From: a virus
Lineage: Duplodnaviria > Heunggongvirae > Uroviricota > Caudoviricetes
Reading direction: 5' to 3' (one strand)
Length of the DNA stretch: 35,193 nucleotides
IMG/VR virus record: IMGVR_UViG_2737471821_000012
Span: 1 to 35,193 of that record
Positions 21,027 through 28,907 of the stretch are shown one piece after another. The translations under genes were made by a program, and so were the position numbers. Numbering within the stretch: the first letter of the stretch is position 1; each line of letters starts with the position of its first letter. The notes under the pieces were generated by a model that had not been told where the DNA came from, made no database searches, and saw nothing but the letters and a program-made list of their open reading frames with translations.

Positions 21027-21688
21027 GCGCCTTCTCCCTGTACCTGAATCAATGTGAGATTTCCGCAGAACACTGCGCCGGTATCGATATACATCTGGTT
21101 GGCAAATTTGAGCGGTTTCACTGCTGGCGAATGACCAAAGATGAACGTGTCAGCGCCTTTAATTTCTTTCACGATCCCGTCTTGTGAGTTGCTGATTCGT
21201 TCGCGGTTCCAGATTACCTGCTGATGATCAACTGGCTTTCCAAACTCGTATTCGTCACAAGGATAATCGGCGTGGCAGATGACATATTTTTTTCCTTTAC
21301 TCACCAGTTCGATGATTAACGGAAGTTCATCTGCTTTATGGGCAAGAGCTTTGGCCAGAATTTCTTTGTCGTAATCGAGATTAAAGAACCAGCCACCGCC
21401 ATTAAGCAGCCAGTGATTGACGTTTCCGCGCTCTGATAAGCCATCAATCATCATTTGCTCATGGTTTCCACGTACAGCTCTGAACCAGGGGAATGTGATT
21501 AATTCCAGGCATTCGACGTTCTCTGTACCGCGATCGACCAAATCGCCAACCGAGATAAGCAGGTCTTTTTTGGTGTCGAATCCTATCGTCTCCAGTTTTT
21601 TCATCAGGTTCGTGTAGCATCCGTGCAGATCGCCAACTACCCAAATATTTCGGTATTTGCTGCCATCAATTTTTTCGTAATAGCGCAT
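21017..21688 (-). CDS. Ser/Thr protein phosphatase (lambda NinI-like)
   Basis: ORF 21017..21763; metallophosphatase motifs GDLHG, GDLVDRG, GNHE; from the internal Met ([24 protein letters not shown]...) it matches lambda phosphatase as recalled; start set at 21688. Confidence 0.9.
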
Positions 21689-21872
21689 CTCTTTCACTCC
21701 ATCCGCGATGAACCATGAGAACGTCGTTGACGATGGCGTGCATTTTCCCGTCTTTATCATCAACGTATTTTCTGACCGTACCGCGACTACATTTCAGTCT
21801 GCGTGCTACTTCTGTCTGGTTTCCGTATGCTTCAACGAGCATGTCTGGAATGGTTTTTACTGAGAACGTCAT
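21666..21872 (-). CDS. ninH: NinH
   Basis: 68 aa, near-identical to lambda NinH as recalled ([37 protein letters not shown]...). Confidence 0.85.
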   Translation of the reverse strand: MTFSVKTIPDMLVEAYGNQTEVARRLKCSRGTVRKYVDDKDGKMHAIVNDVLMVHRGWSERDALLRKN

Positions 21873-22480
21873 GCGGCCTCACTTCTGCTATTTCGCAGGT
21901 CTTTGAGTTTCTGTTGGTACTCTGCCTTGATCGCCTTGCACTCTTCGACAGTCCAGCGATGGCGGTTATGGTTTGATTCGATTTCGTCTACTGCTTCCTG
22001 CCCGATGCGATTAATCAGTTCGACGCGATACGGAACGAGATTTCCGCTTTTGTGCTGGTTGCACACCACGCATTGCTTGTGAATATTGCGTTCATCAAAT
22101 CGGAGTTGAGGCGCCGCAGCAGTTGTCCGGTAATGCCCGGCATCCCACTGAGCAGACGTGAGCGTTCCGCACGAGATACATGGTAAGTCGCGGTCTCTTT
22201 CTCTGATGAAGGCGTTTACAGCTTGTTGGGCTTGTTTAATCCAGTAACTGCGGGGCTTTAAGGCGAGTTTTCGAATCTTAAGTTTATCTTTCTGTTTCTG
22301 CTCCTCTCGTCGTCGTTTCTTCTCTGCTGCCTTTTCCGCTTTTTCGCGTTCTTTGCTTCGTCGTTCGAGTGCTATCTTGGTTCCACACTCTGGAGAGCAC
22401 CACCACTGATTGGCGAATGCAGGGTGAAACCATTCCCGACATTCTTCGTTTTTACATCGTCTTCGCGCTTGTTTAGCCAT
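21869..22480 (-). CDS. ninG: NinG (Rap) recombination protein
   Basis: 203 aa, Cys-rich, Lys/Arg/Glu-rich linker; matches lambda NinG as recalled; overlaps NinH start by 4 nt. Confidence 0.85.
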   Translation of the reverse strand: MAKQARRRCKNEECREWFHPAFANQWWCSPECGTKIALERRSKEREKAEKAAEKKRRREEQKQKDKLKIRKLALKPRSYWIKQAQQAVNAFIRERDRDLPCISCGTLTSAQWDAGHYRTTAAAPQLRFDERNIHKQCVVCNQHKSGNLVPYRVELINRIGQEAVDEIESNHNRHRWTVEECKAIKAEYQQKLKDLRNSRSEAA

Positions 22481-22749
22481 TATGGTTCGCTCCAGTAATT
22501 CTCAATTGCAGCAGCCATTCTCTGCATCCACTCAGCCAGCTTTAACGCGGCTTCTCTTTCAGAACCACATTTAGGGAAATCCTTCATTTCCATGCTGGCC
22601 TTATATGTTCTGAATGCCAGGTCTCCGGTAATAACCAACTCCTGATCAAGCACCGAGCGTTTATTCCGGTGTTGAACGTAATAGACAGATTCAGTCCGCA
22701 TTTCTTCTCTGTCTTTTTTGAAGGAAATAAGCTCAGAGAAATCACTCAT
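22480..22749 (-). CDS. Nin-region hypothetical protein
   Basis: ORF track 22480..22851; likely true start is the ATG at 22749 ([12 protein letters not shown]...) in an ATGA overlap with the helicase stop; 89 aa. Confidence 0.45.
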   Translation of the reverse strand: MSDFSELISFKKDREEMRTESVYYVQHRNKRSVLDQELVITGDLAFRTYKASMEMKDFPKCGSEREAALKLAEWMQRMAAAIENYWSEP

Positions 22750-24049
22750 CGTCTTCACCAGGTGGAACACTGTCATCAAAAGCGCCTTCACGATGGATCC
22801 CAACCCAATAATCGCAATCCTGTTCAATCTGCCCTGTATCTCGTGAGTCACTTGGTAATGGGCGTTTATTGGTTCGGCTTTCCAGTGCGCGGTTAAGCTG
22901 TGTCAGAAGCACAACAACGCAATCAAGCTCTTTGGCAAGGTTCTTCAGTCCTTTGGTGATCATGCCGTAAGCAAGGTCGTTGCGATCGGCCTTCTCAGCA
23001 GTCATTAGTGTCAGGTAATCGACCAGAATCATGCCAACACATCCTTTTTCTCGCTTGATTCGACGGCTTTCGCTGACGATTTGAGCCAGAGATAATCCCG
23101 GCGTGTCGTCGATGTAAAGCATGTCGATTTCACTCAAGCGATTGGCTGTTTCGATCGCCCTGTTGAAGTCACCATCGTAATCACCCTGATAGCCGTCATC
23201 GGCGTCATTTGTCGCCGGAAGGTAAAAAATATTCGGGTTAACACCAGACTTCTGCCCTACCAGTTTTTCCAGTATCTGATCACCTGGCATTTCAAGGCTG
23301 AACATCAGAGCGGGCTTTTTCTCATGCACTGCGCAATTGATTGCCATCTGGCTGTATAGCGTCGTTTTCCCCATCTTAGGGCGAGCGCCAATGACAAACA
23401 GAGAGCCTTTCACCAGACCTTTCGGTGACAGCATCCTGTCCAGCGATGGGATCCCTGTGCTCATTCCTCGCTGTTCGCCTGACGGGTCAAATCGCTTCTC
23501 AAGGTCGCTAACCCAGTCTTCCATGACCTCACCAAATGAGCGAAGGCCGCGACGCGATCCGGTTTTTGCATGGTCTGTCAGTTGCGTGAAAATCGCCTGA
23601 ATAGCTTCGTACTTCTGCGTTGCAGTCATTCCGTTGCGGGAATAGAGCAATTCCGTCGCTTCAGTCATGCGGTTGATGGCGTAGCGTTCCATTGCGGTTT
23701 CACGAACCTGCATTGCATAGGCAACGATGTTTGCTGCGCTTGGCGTGTTCTTTGCGATCTCAGCGATATAAGCAAAACCGCCAACAGACGCCGTTAACGA
23801 TTTACGCTCCAGTTCATCGAAAAGCGTCAGGCCATCTACTGGCTTTTGCTCCCGGTGCATTCTGGTTATTTCTTCGAAAAGGATTTTGTGTGGTCGGCTG
23901 TAAAATGAGTCAGGCTTCAGCATCGCCAGAACCTTCTGGACGCGCTCACTGCTGTCATCATCCAGAAGCAATCCACCAATCACCGCCTGCTCTGCCTCGA
24001 TGCTATGGGGCGGCGCATAAAAATTATCGGTCATCGTGTTCACCCTCAC
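22742..24049 (-). CDS. Replicative DNA helicase, DnaB family (P22 gene 12-like)
   Basis: 435 aa; Walker A GARPKMGKTT and DnaB-like N-terminus (SIEAEQAVIGGLLLD); directly downstream of the O-like initiator. Confidence 0.9.
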   Translation of the reverse strand: MRVNTMTDNFYAPPHSIEAEQAVIGGLLLDDDSSERVQKVLAMLKPDSFYSRPHKILFEEITRMHREQKPVDGLTLFDELERKSLTASVGGFAYIAEIAKNTPSAANIVAYAMQVRETAMERYAINRMTEATELLYSRNGMTATQKYEAIQAIFTQLTDHAKTGSRRGLRSFGEVMEDWVSDLEKRFDPSGEQRGMSTGIPSLDRMLSPKGLVKGSLFVIGARPKMGKTTLYSQMAINCAVHEKKPALMFSLEMPGDQILEKLVGQKSGVNPNIFYLPATNDADDGYQGDYDGDFNRAIETANRLSEIDMLYIDDTPGLSLAQIVSESRRIKREKGCVGMILVDYLTLMTAEKADRNDLAYGMITKGLKNLAKELDCVVVLLTQLNRALESRTNKRPLPSDSRDTGQIEQDCDYWVGIHREGAFDDSVPPGEDDE

Positions 24050-24859
24050 GAACTTTCAGGTAGGTATTATCGTTAAGCAGGAAATCAAATCCCTTTTTGT
24101 GCCAGACGGTTCCGCGCTGATGGTTTGGGCGCTCTTCGAACATCCATCGGCAATTTTCGCCTACGTAGCTCAAATAATTTCTCCAGTCCTGCATCGTGAA
24201 ACCATGCCCGTCAAGCTGTCGGGTTATCACTCCGGCTTTGCGCCAGAACGTTCGGATCTGGTTTTTACGCTTGTCATTCAGTGCGCGGATTCTTGGCGCT
24301 TCAGGAAGGATTTCGTGGTAAGCATCGACAACATCCTGACAGCTAACGGAAGGTTTTTTCTTGTCAGACTTTTTGTCTGCTGTGGCACTCTCTAATACGT
24401 CAGTATTAGAGATATTATTTATATTATTGTTTATGGACAACCGTTGGACAACCGTTGGACAACCGTTGGACAATTTTTTGCCTGAAAATCGTCATATTTA
24501 ACGATTGTAAACAGGCTAAATTTCTTCCCCATCGAGCAAATATTAAGCATACCTTTCGACTCAAAAGTCCGTAATAAGCTCCGAACTTTGTTGTCGGGGA
24601 TGAATGTTTCTCTGACCAGCGACGGGCGTCCAGTTATCATCTGACCGCGATCAACAGTTATCGGACCGATATCCGTATTGACGACAGTAGATTCGTGATT
24701 AGCCTTGAGGATTAAGTGAAGCCAAAGATGTACTGCCTGAGAGTCCTTATAGAGCCTGCTGTCCATAAACTGGCGGTGTATAGAGACATACCCCATACTG
24801 GATGCCTCCTGATGTTGTACAGGGTTATGCCTGTAATCAGCTAACTTAACGACGCCCAT
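24024..24859 (-). pseudogene. Replication initiator (lambda O-like), reading frame interrupted inside the ori iterons
   Basis: Two adjacent minus-strand ORFs (24431..24859 and 24024..24473) in different frames overlap by 43 nt exactly over the iteron array; the downstream ORF begins with TTG not ATG; both frames encode CPTVVQRLS from the repeats. Confidence 0.55.
24435..24473. repeat. ori iterons: 11-bp direct repeat GGACAACCGTT, 3 full copies plus a partial
   Basis: Seen directly: ggacaaccgtt at 24435-24445, 24446-24456, 24457-24467, then ggacaa; followed on the low-coordinate side by an AT-rich stretch and a 10-bp inverted repeat at 24389..24412. Confidence 0.8.
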
Positions 24860-25007
24860 GCTTCACTCCTGCTTTGGCTAGTCTGTAAACACCAACAAGG
24901 CGCTCTGCGAACGCCCTGTTATTTGCTGCGGCTACCACTAATCCCTCAGGTGAATCAGGGTGTCGAATCTCTTCTTTTTCCTGGTATTTCTTACGACGTT
25001 TTGTCAT
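24846..25007 (-). CDS. Small basic hypothetical protein (53 aa) between cII and the O-like gene
   Basis: Hand translation MTKRRKKYQEKEEIRHPDSPEGLVVAAANNRAFAERLVGVYRLAKAGVKHGRR; AGGAG 5 nt upstream of the ATG at 25007; overlaps the O-like start. Confidence 0.4.
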   Translation of the reverse strand: MTKRRKKYQEKEEIRHPDSPEGLVVAAANNRAFAERLVGVYRLAKAGVKHGRR

Positions 25008-25041
25008 AATGACTCCTGTGGATTGATCCAGTCTTTCTACA

Positions 25042-25320
25042 TCAGGCCTCGAAGAATTCGCCGTTCTTCGGGGCTTTTTCTTTTGTCAGCATTCTGGCTA
25101 CTTGCTTAGCCAGTTCCGCCAACTCCTCGTCTTCAACACCCCATTCAAGAACAGCAAGAAGCATTCCCATTTTGGGGATGAAGCTGTCTTTCCATCGCGA
25201 AATTTGCGATTCATTAATCCCTAACGCGTCGGCAACCTTTCGCTGACCACGTACAGCAATTCGATTCAGGATGTTGCTTGTAATTGCATTCGCTTTCTTG
25301 CGAGTACTTGTAAGTTGCAT
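25042..25320 (-). CDS. cII: CII transcriptional activator
   Basis: 92 aa; core SQISRWK...IPKMGMLLAVLEWGVEDEELAELAKQVA closely matches lambda CII as recalled. Confidence 0.9.
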   Translation of the reverse strand: MQLTSTRKKANAITSNILNRIAVRGQRKVADALGINESQISRWKDSFIPKMGMLLAVLEWGVEDEELAELAKQVARMLTKEKAPKNGEFFEA

Positions 25321-25378
25321 ATGTAAGTATTTCCTTAACTAATAAGAAGTTATGCGCATCAACTTATGCGCGTTGTAT

Positions 25379-25422
25379 TCCCGCATTTCGGCGGGAATGA
25401 GGACCATGACTGTTAAAGAGCG
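25379..25422 (-). promoter_or_regulatory. nutR (boxA plus boxB)
   Basis: On the minus strand, boxA CGCTCTTTAACA (plus 25411-25422) then boxB hairpin TTCCCGCCGAAATGCGGGAA (plus 25379-25398), between cro and cII. Confidence 0.6.
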
Positions 25423-25428
25423 GTGTTA

Positions 25429-25623
25429 CTATTTGTTTTTCTTGTTGCTTGGGAAAGGACGAACTTCCTCTCCAATCACACTGCCATCAGGCTTTACCGT
25501 AACCATAATGTTACGGCCTGCCAGAATGGCCTTACTGATAGCGCACTGGATTACACCAAAGTCACTGGCTGCTTTAGCCTGTCCATGGATTTTGGCGTAA
25601 TCGGCAAGTGTCATTCGAATCAT
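25429..25623 (-). CDS. cro: Cro repressor
   Basis: ORF 25429..25629; probable ATG at 25623 with GGAGAG upstream; sequence ...[45 protein letters not shown]...FPSNKK resembles lambda Cro as recalled. Confidence 0.85.
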   Translation of the reverse strand: MIRMTLADYAKIHGQAKAASDFGVIQCAISKAILAGRNIMVTVKPDGSVIGEEVRPFPSNKKNK

Positions 25624-25629
25624 ATGCAC

Positions 25630-25729
25630 TCTCCGTTATTAACCATGAACAAAGAATACCACAGGTATTCAAAGCAATCAATACTCAGGGTATTTTTAGT
25701 TTAAGTACCTTAGCTATTAGAATTAAGCT
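25630..25729. promoter_or_regulatory. Right operator/promoter region (OR) between divergent cro and cI
   Basis: Contains the 17-bp palindrome GAATACC-ACA-GGTATTC (25654-25670) and a related site AATACTCAGGGTATT (about 25679-25693); cI starts at 25730 with no evident Shine-Dalgarno, consistent with a leaderless transcript. Confidence 0.6.
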
Positions 25730-26446
25730 ATGGAAAATAAAAAATCACTGACGACAGAACAGCTCGAAGACGCTAAGCGGCTTAAGGCTTTGTATGAGTC
25801 AAAAAAGAAAGAATTGGGAATAACCCAATACTCAATCGCTGATGAACTGGGTATCACCCAAGGAGCGGTAGGGCATTATCTTAATGGCAGAAACGCGCTA
25901 AACGTTGAGGTCGCATCTGGTTTTGCACGTTTGTTGCAAGTCTCAATTGCTGATTTTAGCCAGTCAATTGCTGCCAAGGTTGCAGAACAGGCAGAAAGCC
26001 TTAAGAGCGATGCCAACGTAAGGTATGCAGGGGAATACAGAGCAGGAAAGAGGTATCCGGTGTTAAGCAGTATCCAGGCTGGCTCGTGGTGTGAAGCATG
26101 CGAACCATACACCATTAAAGACATAGATGTTTGGCTTGAGTCTGACGCGCATATTCAAGGTAATGCGTTCTGGCTTAAAGTGGAAGGTGATTCAATGACG
26201 GCACCGGTTGGGTTAAGCATTCCAGAGGGAACATTCGTTCTTTTCGATACCGGAAGGGAGGCGATCAACGGCAGCTTGGTCATAGCAAAACTTTCTGACT
26301 CTAACGAAGCAACATTCAAGAAGCTGATAATCGACGGCGGAAATAAATACCTCAAGGGACTTAATCCTGCATGGCCTCTCGTGCCAATCAATGGAAACTG
26401 CAAGATTATAGGCGTTGCAATTGAGACAAAACTAAGGCTGGTTTGA
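25730..26446 (+). CDS. cI: CI repressor (HTH N-terminal domain, S24 LexA-like autopeptidase C-terminal domain)
   Basis: 238 aa; HTH region (QYSIADELGITQGAVGHYLNG), GDSM catalytic Ser motif and downstream Lys; divergent from cro. Confidence 0.9.
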   Translation: MENKKSLTTEQLEDAKRLKALYESKKKELGITQYSIADELGITQGAVGHYLNGRNALNVEVASGFARLLQVSIADFSQSIAAKVAEQAESLKSDANVRYAGEYRAGKRYPVLSSIQAGSWCEACEPYTIKDIDVWLESDAHIQGNAFWLKVEGDSMTAPVGLSIPEGTFVLFDTGREAINGSLVIAKLSDSNEATFKKLIIDGGNKYLKGLNPAWPLVPINGNCKIIGVAIETKLRLV

Positions 26447-26463
26447 TCACGCAAGGGGCGATT

Positions 26464-26832
26464 ATGGTTGGAACCGCTATAGCAAGCTTTTTTGGGATGT
26501 TGGCAATCTCGACAATTTACGGCTTAGCGCATGCTTTTATTGCGAAATCTCTATCAGAAAAAATAAGCCAGGCTTGGGCGCATAGATCAGCTCGTTTCAT
26601 GATTCTGGTGATCATAGCAATACAAGGGATATCTGCATTTATCCTCTATGGATCAAGCTTATACCTATTGTATCAAGGCGCGACATTTACGCCTTACACC
26701 AGTGATTACGGAACTCTATACGATGGTAGTGAAGACATCACTGTGGCTTGGATCGTCTTTGGTTTATCTATGGCCGTGTCTGTTGTAGCAGACATCATTA
26801 AGGTAATTCTCGTCTTAACCTTCGCTGACTAA
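26464..26832 (+). CDS. Polytopic membrane protein co-transcribed with cI, unknown function
   Basis: ORF track 26443..26832 (TTG); likely ATG at 26464 with AAGGGG upstream, 17 nt after the cI stop; about three hydrophobic helices. Confidence 0.55.
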   Translation: MVGTAIASFFGMLAISTIYGLAHAFIAKSLSEKISQAWAHRSARFMILVIIAIQGISAFILYGSSLYLLYQGATFTPYTSDYGTLYDGSEDITVAWIVFGLSMAVSVVADIIKVILVLTFAD

Positions 26833-26961
26833 CCTATAATCCCGGCAGCAATAGCTATCGGGATCCACTTCACATATCCCGCATAAAAAGCACTGAACAA
26901 GCAGACACCGAAAAAATAAATATCCTTTGTATTCATTTGCTTATCATTATTTCATCAAAAA

Positions 26962-27005
26962 TAAATACCTTGGGTATTTACACAATAAAATACCTACAGT
27001 ATTCT
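26962..27005. promoter_or_regulatory. Left operator region (OL)
   Basis: Palindrome TAAATACC-TTG-GGTATTTA (26962-26980) and related site AAAATACCTACAGTATTCT (26987-27005), sharing the AATACC half-site with OR. Confidence 0.55.
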
Positions 27006-27050
27006 TTAGCCATCAGCAGGACGCTGGTAGCCAAACGGAACAGATTGGCA

Positions 27051-27092
27051 GGCTCTTTAACATTGATGGGATTGTCCCGCCGAAATGCGGGA
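27051..27092 (+). promoter_or_regulatory. nutL (boxA plus boxB)
   Basis: boxA GGCTCTTTAACA (27051-27062) then boxB hairpin TCCCGCCGAAATGCGGGA (27075-27092); the boxB RNA is identical to that of nutR. Confidence 0.6.
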
Positions 27093-27199
27093 ACCAAAGA
27101 GTAGTTGGCTTTGGGGTGACGTGAAGTGCAGCTGCACGACGGCAACCGGAAGATAAGCACCCGGCGCGTCACCGCCAAAGTCAATCATCGGAGGTCAAC

Positions 27200-27499
27200 A
27201 TGACAGTAGTCATTACATATCTGGCTGACGATAACGCCAGAAATCGCCGCAGAGCACGCAGACAGGCTCAACGTGAACAGGCAATGCAAGAGCAGCGACT
27301 GGCGCGAAAAATTGCGCTAAAGCTCTCTGGTTGCGTCAGAGCAGATAAAGCAGCATCACTCGGAAGCCTTCGCTGCAAGAAGGCAGAAGAAGTCGAGCGT
27401 AAACAGAATCGTATTTACTACCGCAAGCCACGCAGTGAAATGGGTGTGACTTGCTCAGGCCGCCAGAAAATGAAATTAGGCAGCAAACCACTTATTTGA
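27200..27499 (+). CDS. N: Antitermination protein N
   Basis: 99 aa; arginine-rich motif NARNRRRARRQAQ near the N-terminus; C-terminus RKQNRIYYRKPRSEMGVTCSGRQKMKLGSKPLI closely resembles lambda N as recalled. Confidence 0.85.
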   Translation: MTVVITYLADDNARNRRRARRQAQREQAMQEQRLARKIALKLSGCVRADKAASLGSLRCKKAEEVERKQNRIYYRKPRSEMGVTCSGRQKMKLGSKPLI

Positions 27500-27507
27500 G
27501 GTGAGAT

Positions 27508-27978
27508 ATGACAAAATCATGGAGCGTACCTTTTCCTGAATCAGAAACTGAACATGATGGAATGCCTGTTTTCTGGAGATTCCAGGCGACAGTTGAAGAA
27601 GATGGGATAAAAATATTCGCACTTCAATATATAGCTTTTCATCAGACAGAGCATTATGCATGGTTGGTTCCTGCGCATTGGATTGTTAATTTTAAACCAG
27701 CACCAAATCAGTGGTTACAGGAATGGAAACAAAGGAGAAATAGATATGCAATTAAGAAAGTAGCAAAAAATGCAGAAAGATCTTTTGCATTCCCAACGAA
27801 GAAACTTGCCATTGAGAGTTTATTGCGCCGGAAGAAATACCATTTAATGAGAATCAAACAAGATTTGGCTGTTGTATCAACTCTTGTTGATGGGATGAAG
27901 AATATTGATACATCAACACCAGATATTGAATATAACTTTGGACACAACCAAGAAACAGAAAATTGGGTATTCTACTAG
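27508..27978 (+). CDS. Hypothetical protein, AT-rich cargo gene immediately downstream of N
   Basis: 156-aa ORF 8 nt after the N stop; visibly AT-rich compared with flanking phage genes; followed by a terminator-like hairpin. Confidence 0.5.
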   Translation: MTKSWSVPFPESETEHDGMPVFWRFQATVEEDGIKIFALQYIAFHQTEHYAWLVPAHWIVNFKPAPNQWLQEWKQRRNRYAIKKVAKNAERSFAFPTKKLAIESLLRRKKYHLMRIKQDLAVVSTLVDGMKNIDTSTPDIEYNFGHNQETENWVFY

Positions 27979-27980
27979 GC

Positions 27981-28007
27981 CGCATAGTCGGCCTTTATTT
28001 TTGGCAT
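27981..28007 (+). terminator. Rho-independent terminator-like hairpin
   Basis: GGCCG-CATAGT-CGGCC followed by TTTATTTTTGG. Confidence 0.5.
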
Positions 28008-28024
28008 AAACAACAGAGGCTAAC

Positions 28025-28321
28025 ATGGAATTTAAAGGTACTGAAGGTAAGTGGGAAATAATGATGGATGGCGATGAGATTAAAATCATCCAGGCAGACT
28101 CACTTGAAAATGGCGCAGGCTGGCGTTCGTATATTGCAATCTGTGAGGAAGTTCAATGTATTGAAGATGCCAATCTAATAGCGGCAGCACCTGACCTTCT
28201 CGAAGCACTTCAGTTATTACTTAAGCAATCCAAAAATAGAACAACGACAACATATCCAGAATGGTATGGAGCTGTTAATAAAGGTCTTGCAGCAATCAGC
28301 AAGGCTCTGGGAGGTGAATGA
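28025..28321 (+). CDS. Hypothetical protein
   Basis: 98-aa ORF; its stop overlaps the next ORF start in an ATGA motif. Confidence 0.5.
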   Translation: MEFKGTEGKWEIMMDGDEIKIIQADSLENGAGWRSYIAICEEVQCIEDANLIAAAPDLLEALQLLLKQSKNRTTTTYPEWYGAVNKGLAAISKALGGE

Positions 28322-28530
28322 TGTGCGAGTTTTATGAAGCAGATATCAAACGCCCAGAAATGGCAAGTGATGCGACATTACGTGATTACTTCGCTGCTAA
28401 GGCTATGGCAGCAATAGTGCGCAGATGGGACGGACATTCCTTTGGCGGTGGACAGAATTCACCACAGTACAAAGAATTAGCAGATGATGCCTACTTTATT
28501 GCTGATGCCATGCTCAAAGCTCGCGAATAA
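28318..28530 (+). CDS. Hypothetical protein
   Basis: 70-aa ORF translationally coupled to the upstream 98-aa ORF (ATGA overlap at 28318-28321). Confidence 0.5.
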   Translation: MMCEFYEADIKRPEMASDATLRDYFAAKAMAAIVRRWDGHSFGGGQNSPQYKELADDAYFIADAMLKARE

Positions 28531-28626
28531 GCACTGTGTATTCATTCCAACGAGTGAATACACGGAGCAATGTCGCTCGTAACTAAACAGGAGCCGACTT
28601 GTTCTGATTATTGGAAATCTTCTTTG

Positions 28627-28872
28627 CCCTCCATCACCGCCCCCGGTATCCCGCTCATGCTGGCGAACCCAGACACGCAGAGTCTCCGGCGTACAGCCAA
28701 TCTTTGGAGCAATGGAACAAATTGTCGCCCATTGTGAGTCATATTCGCTCTGACTTTCCAGAACCATACGGACTGCCCGTTGACGGACTTCGGGGGAAAA
28801 ACGAGTATTTTTAGTCATCCTGTTTACCTCTTTCTCAGGAAGTTTAGTCTCCAGGATTCCCGGGGCGGTTCA
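28627..28872 (-). mobile_element. Truncated IS3-family element (IS629/IS1203-like): left terminal repeat plus the first ~64 codons of orfA
   Basis: Minus strand reads TGAACCGCCCCGGGAATCCTGGAGACTAAACTTCCTGAGAAAGAGGTAAACAGG ATG ACT AAA AAT ACT...; ORF 28477..28818 begins [23 protein letters not shown]...[14 protein letters not shown] as in IS3-family OrfA (recalled), then diverges into unrelated sequence. Confidence 0.75.
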
Positions 28873-28907
28873 TCCAGTGTGAGGGCAATTTTTTTGACGG
28901 AGGATAT

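Noticed and set aside
24431-24473. Reading the 11-bp repeats as a protein-coding tandem peptide repeat
   Set aside because: An 11-bp period cannot give an in-frame peptide repeat; the pattern fits origin iterons inside an initiator gene.
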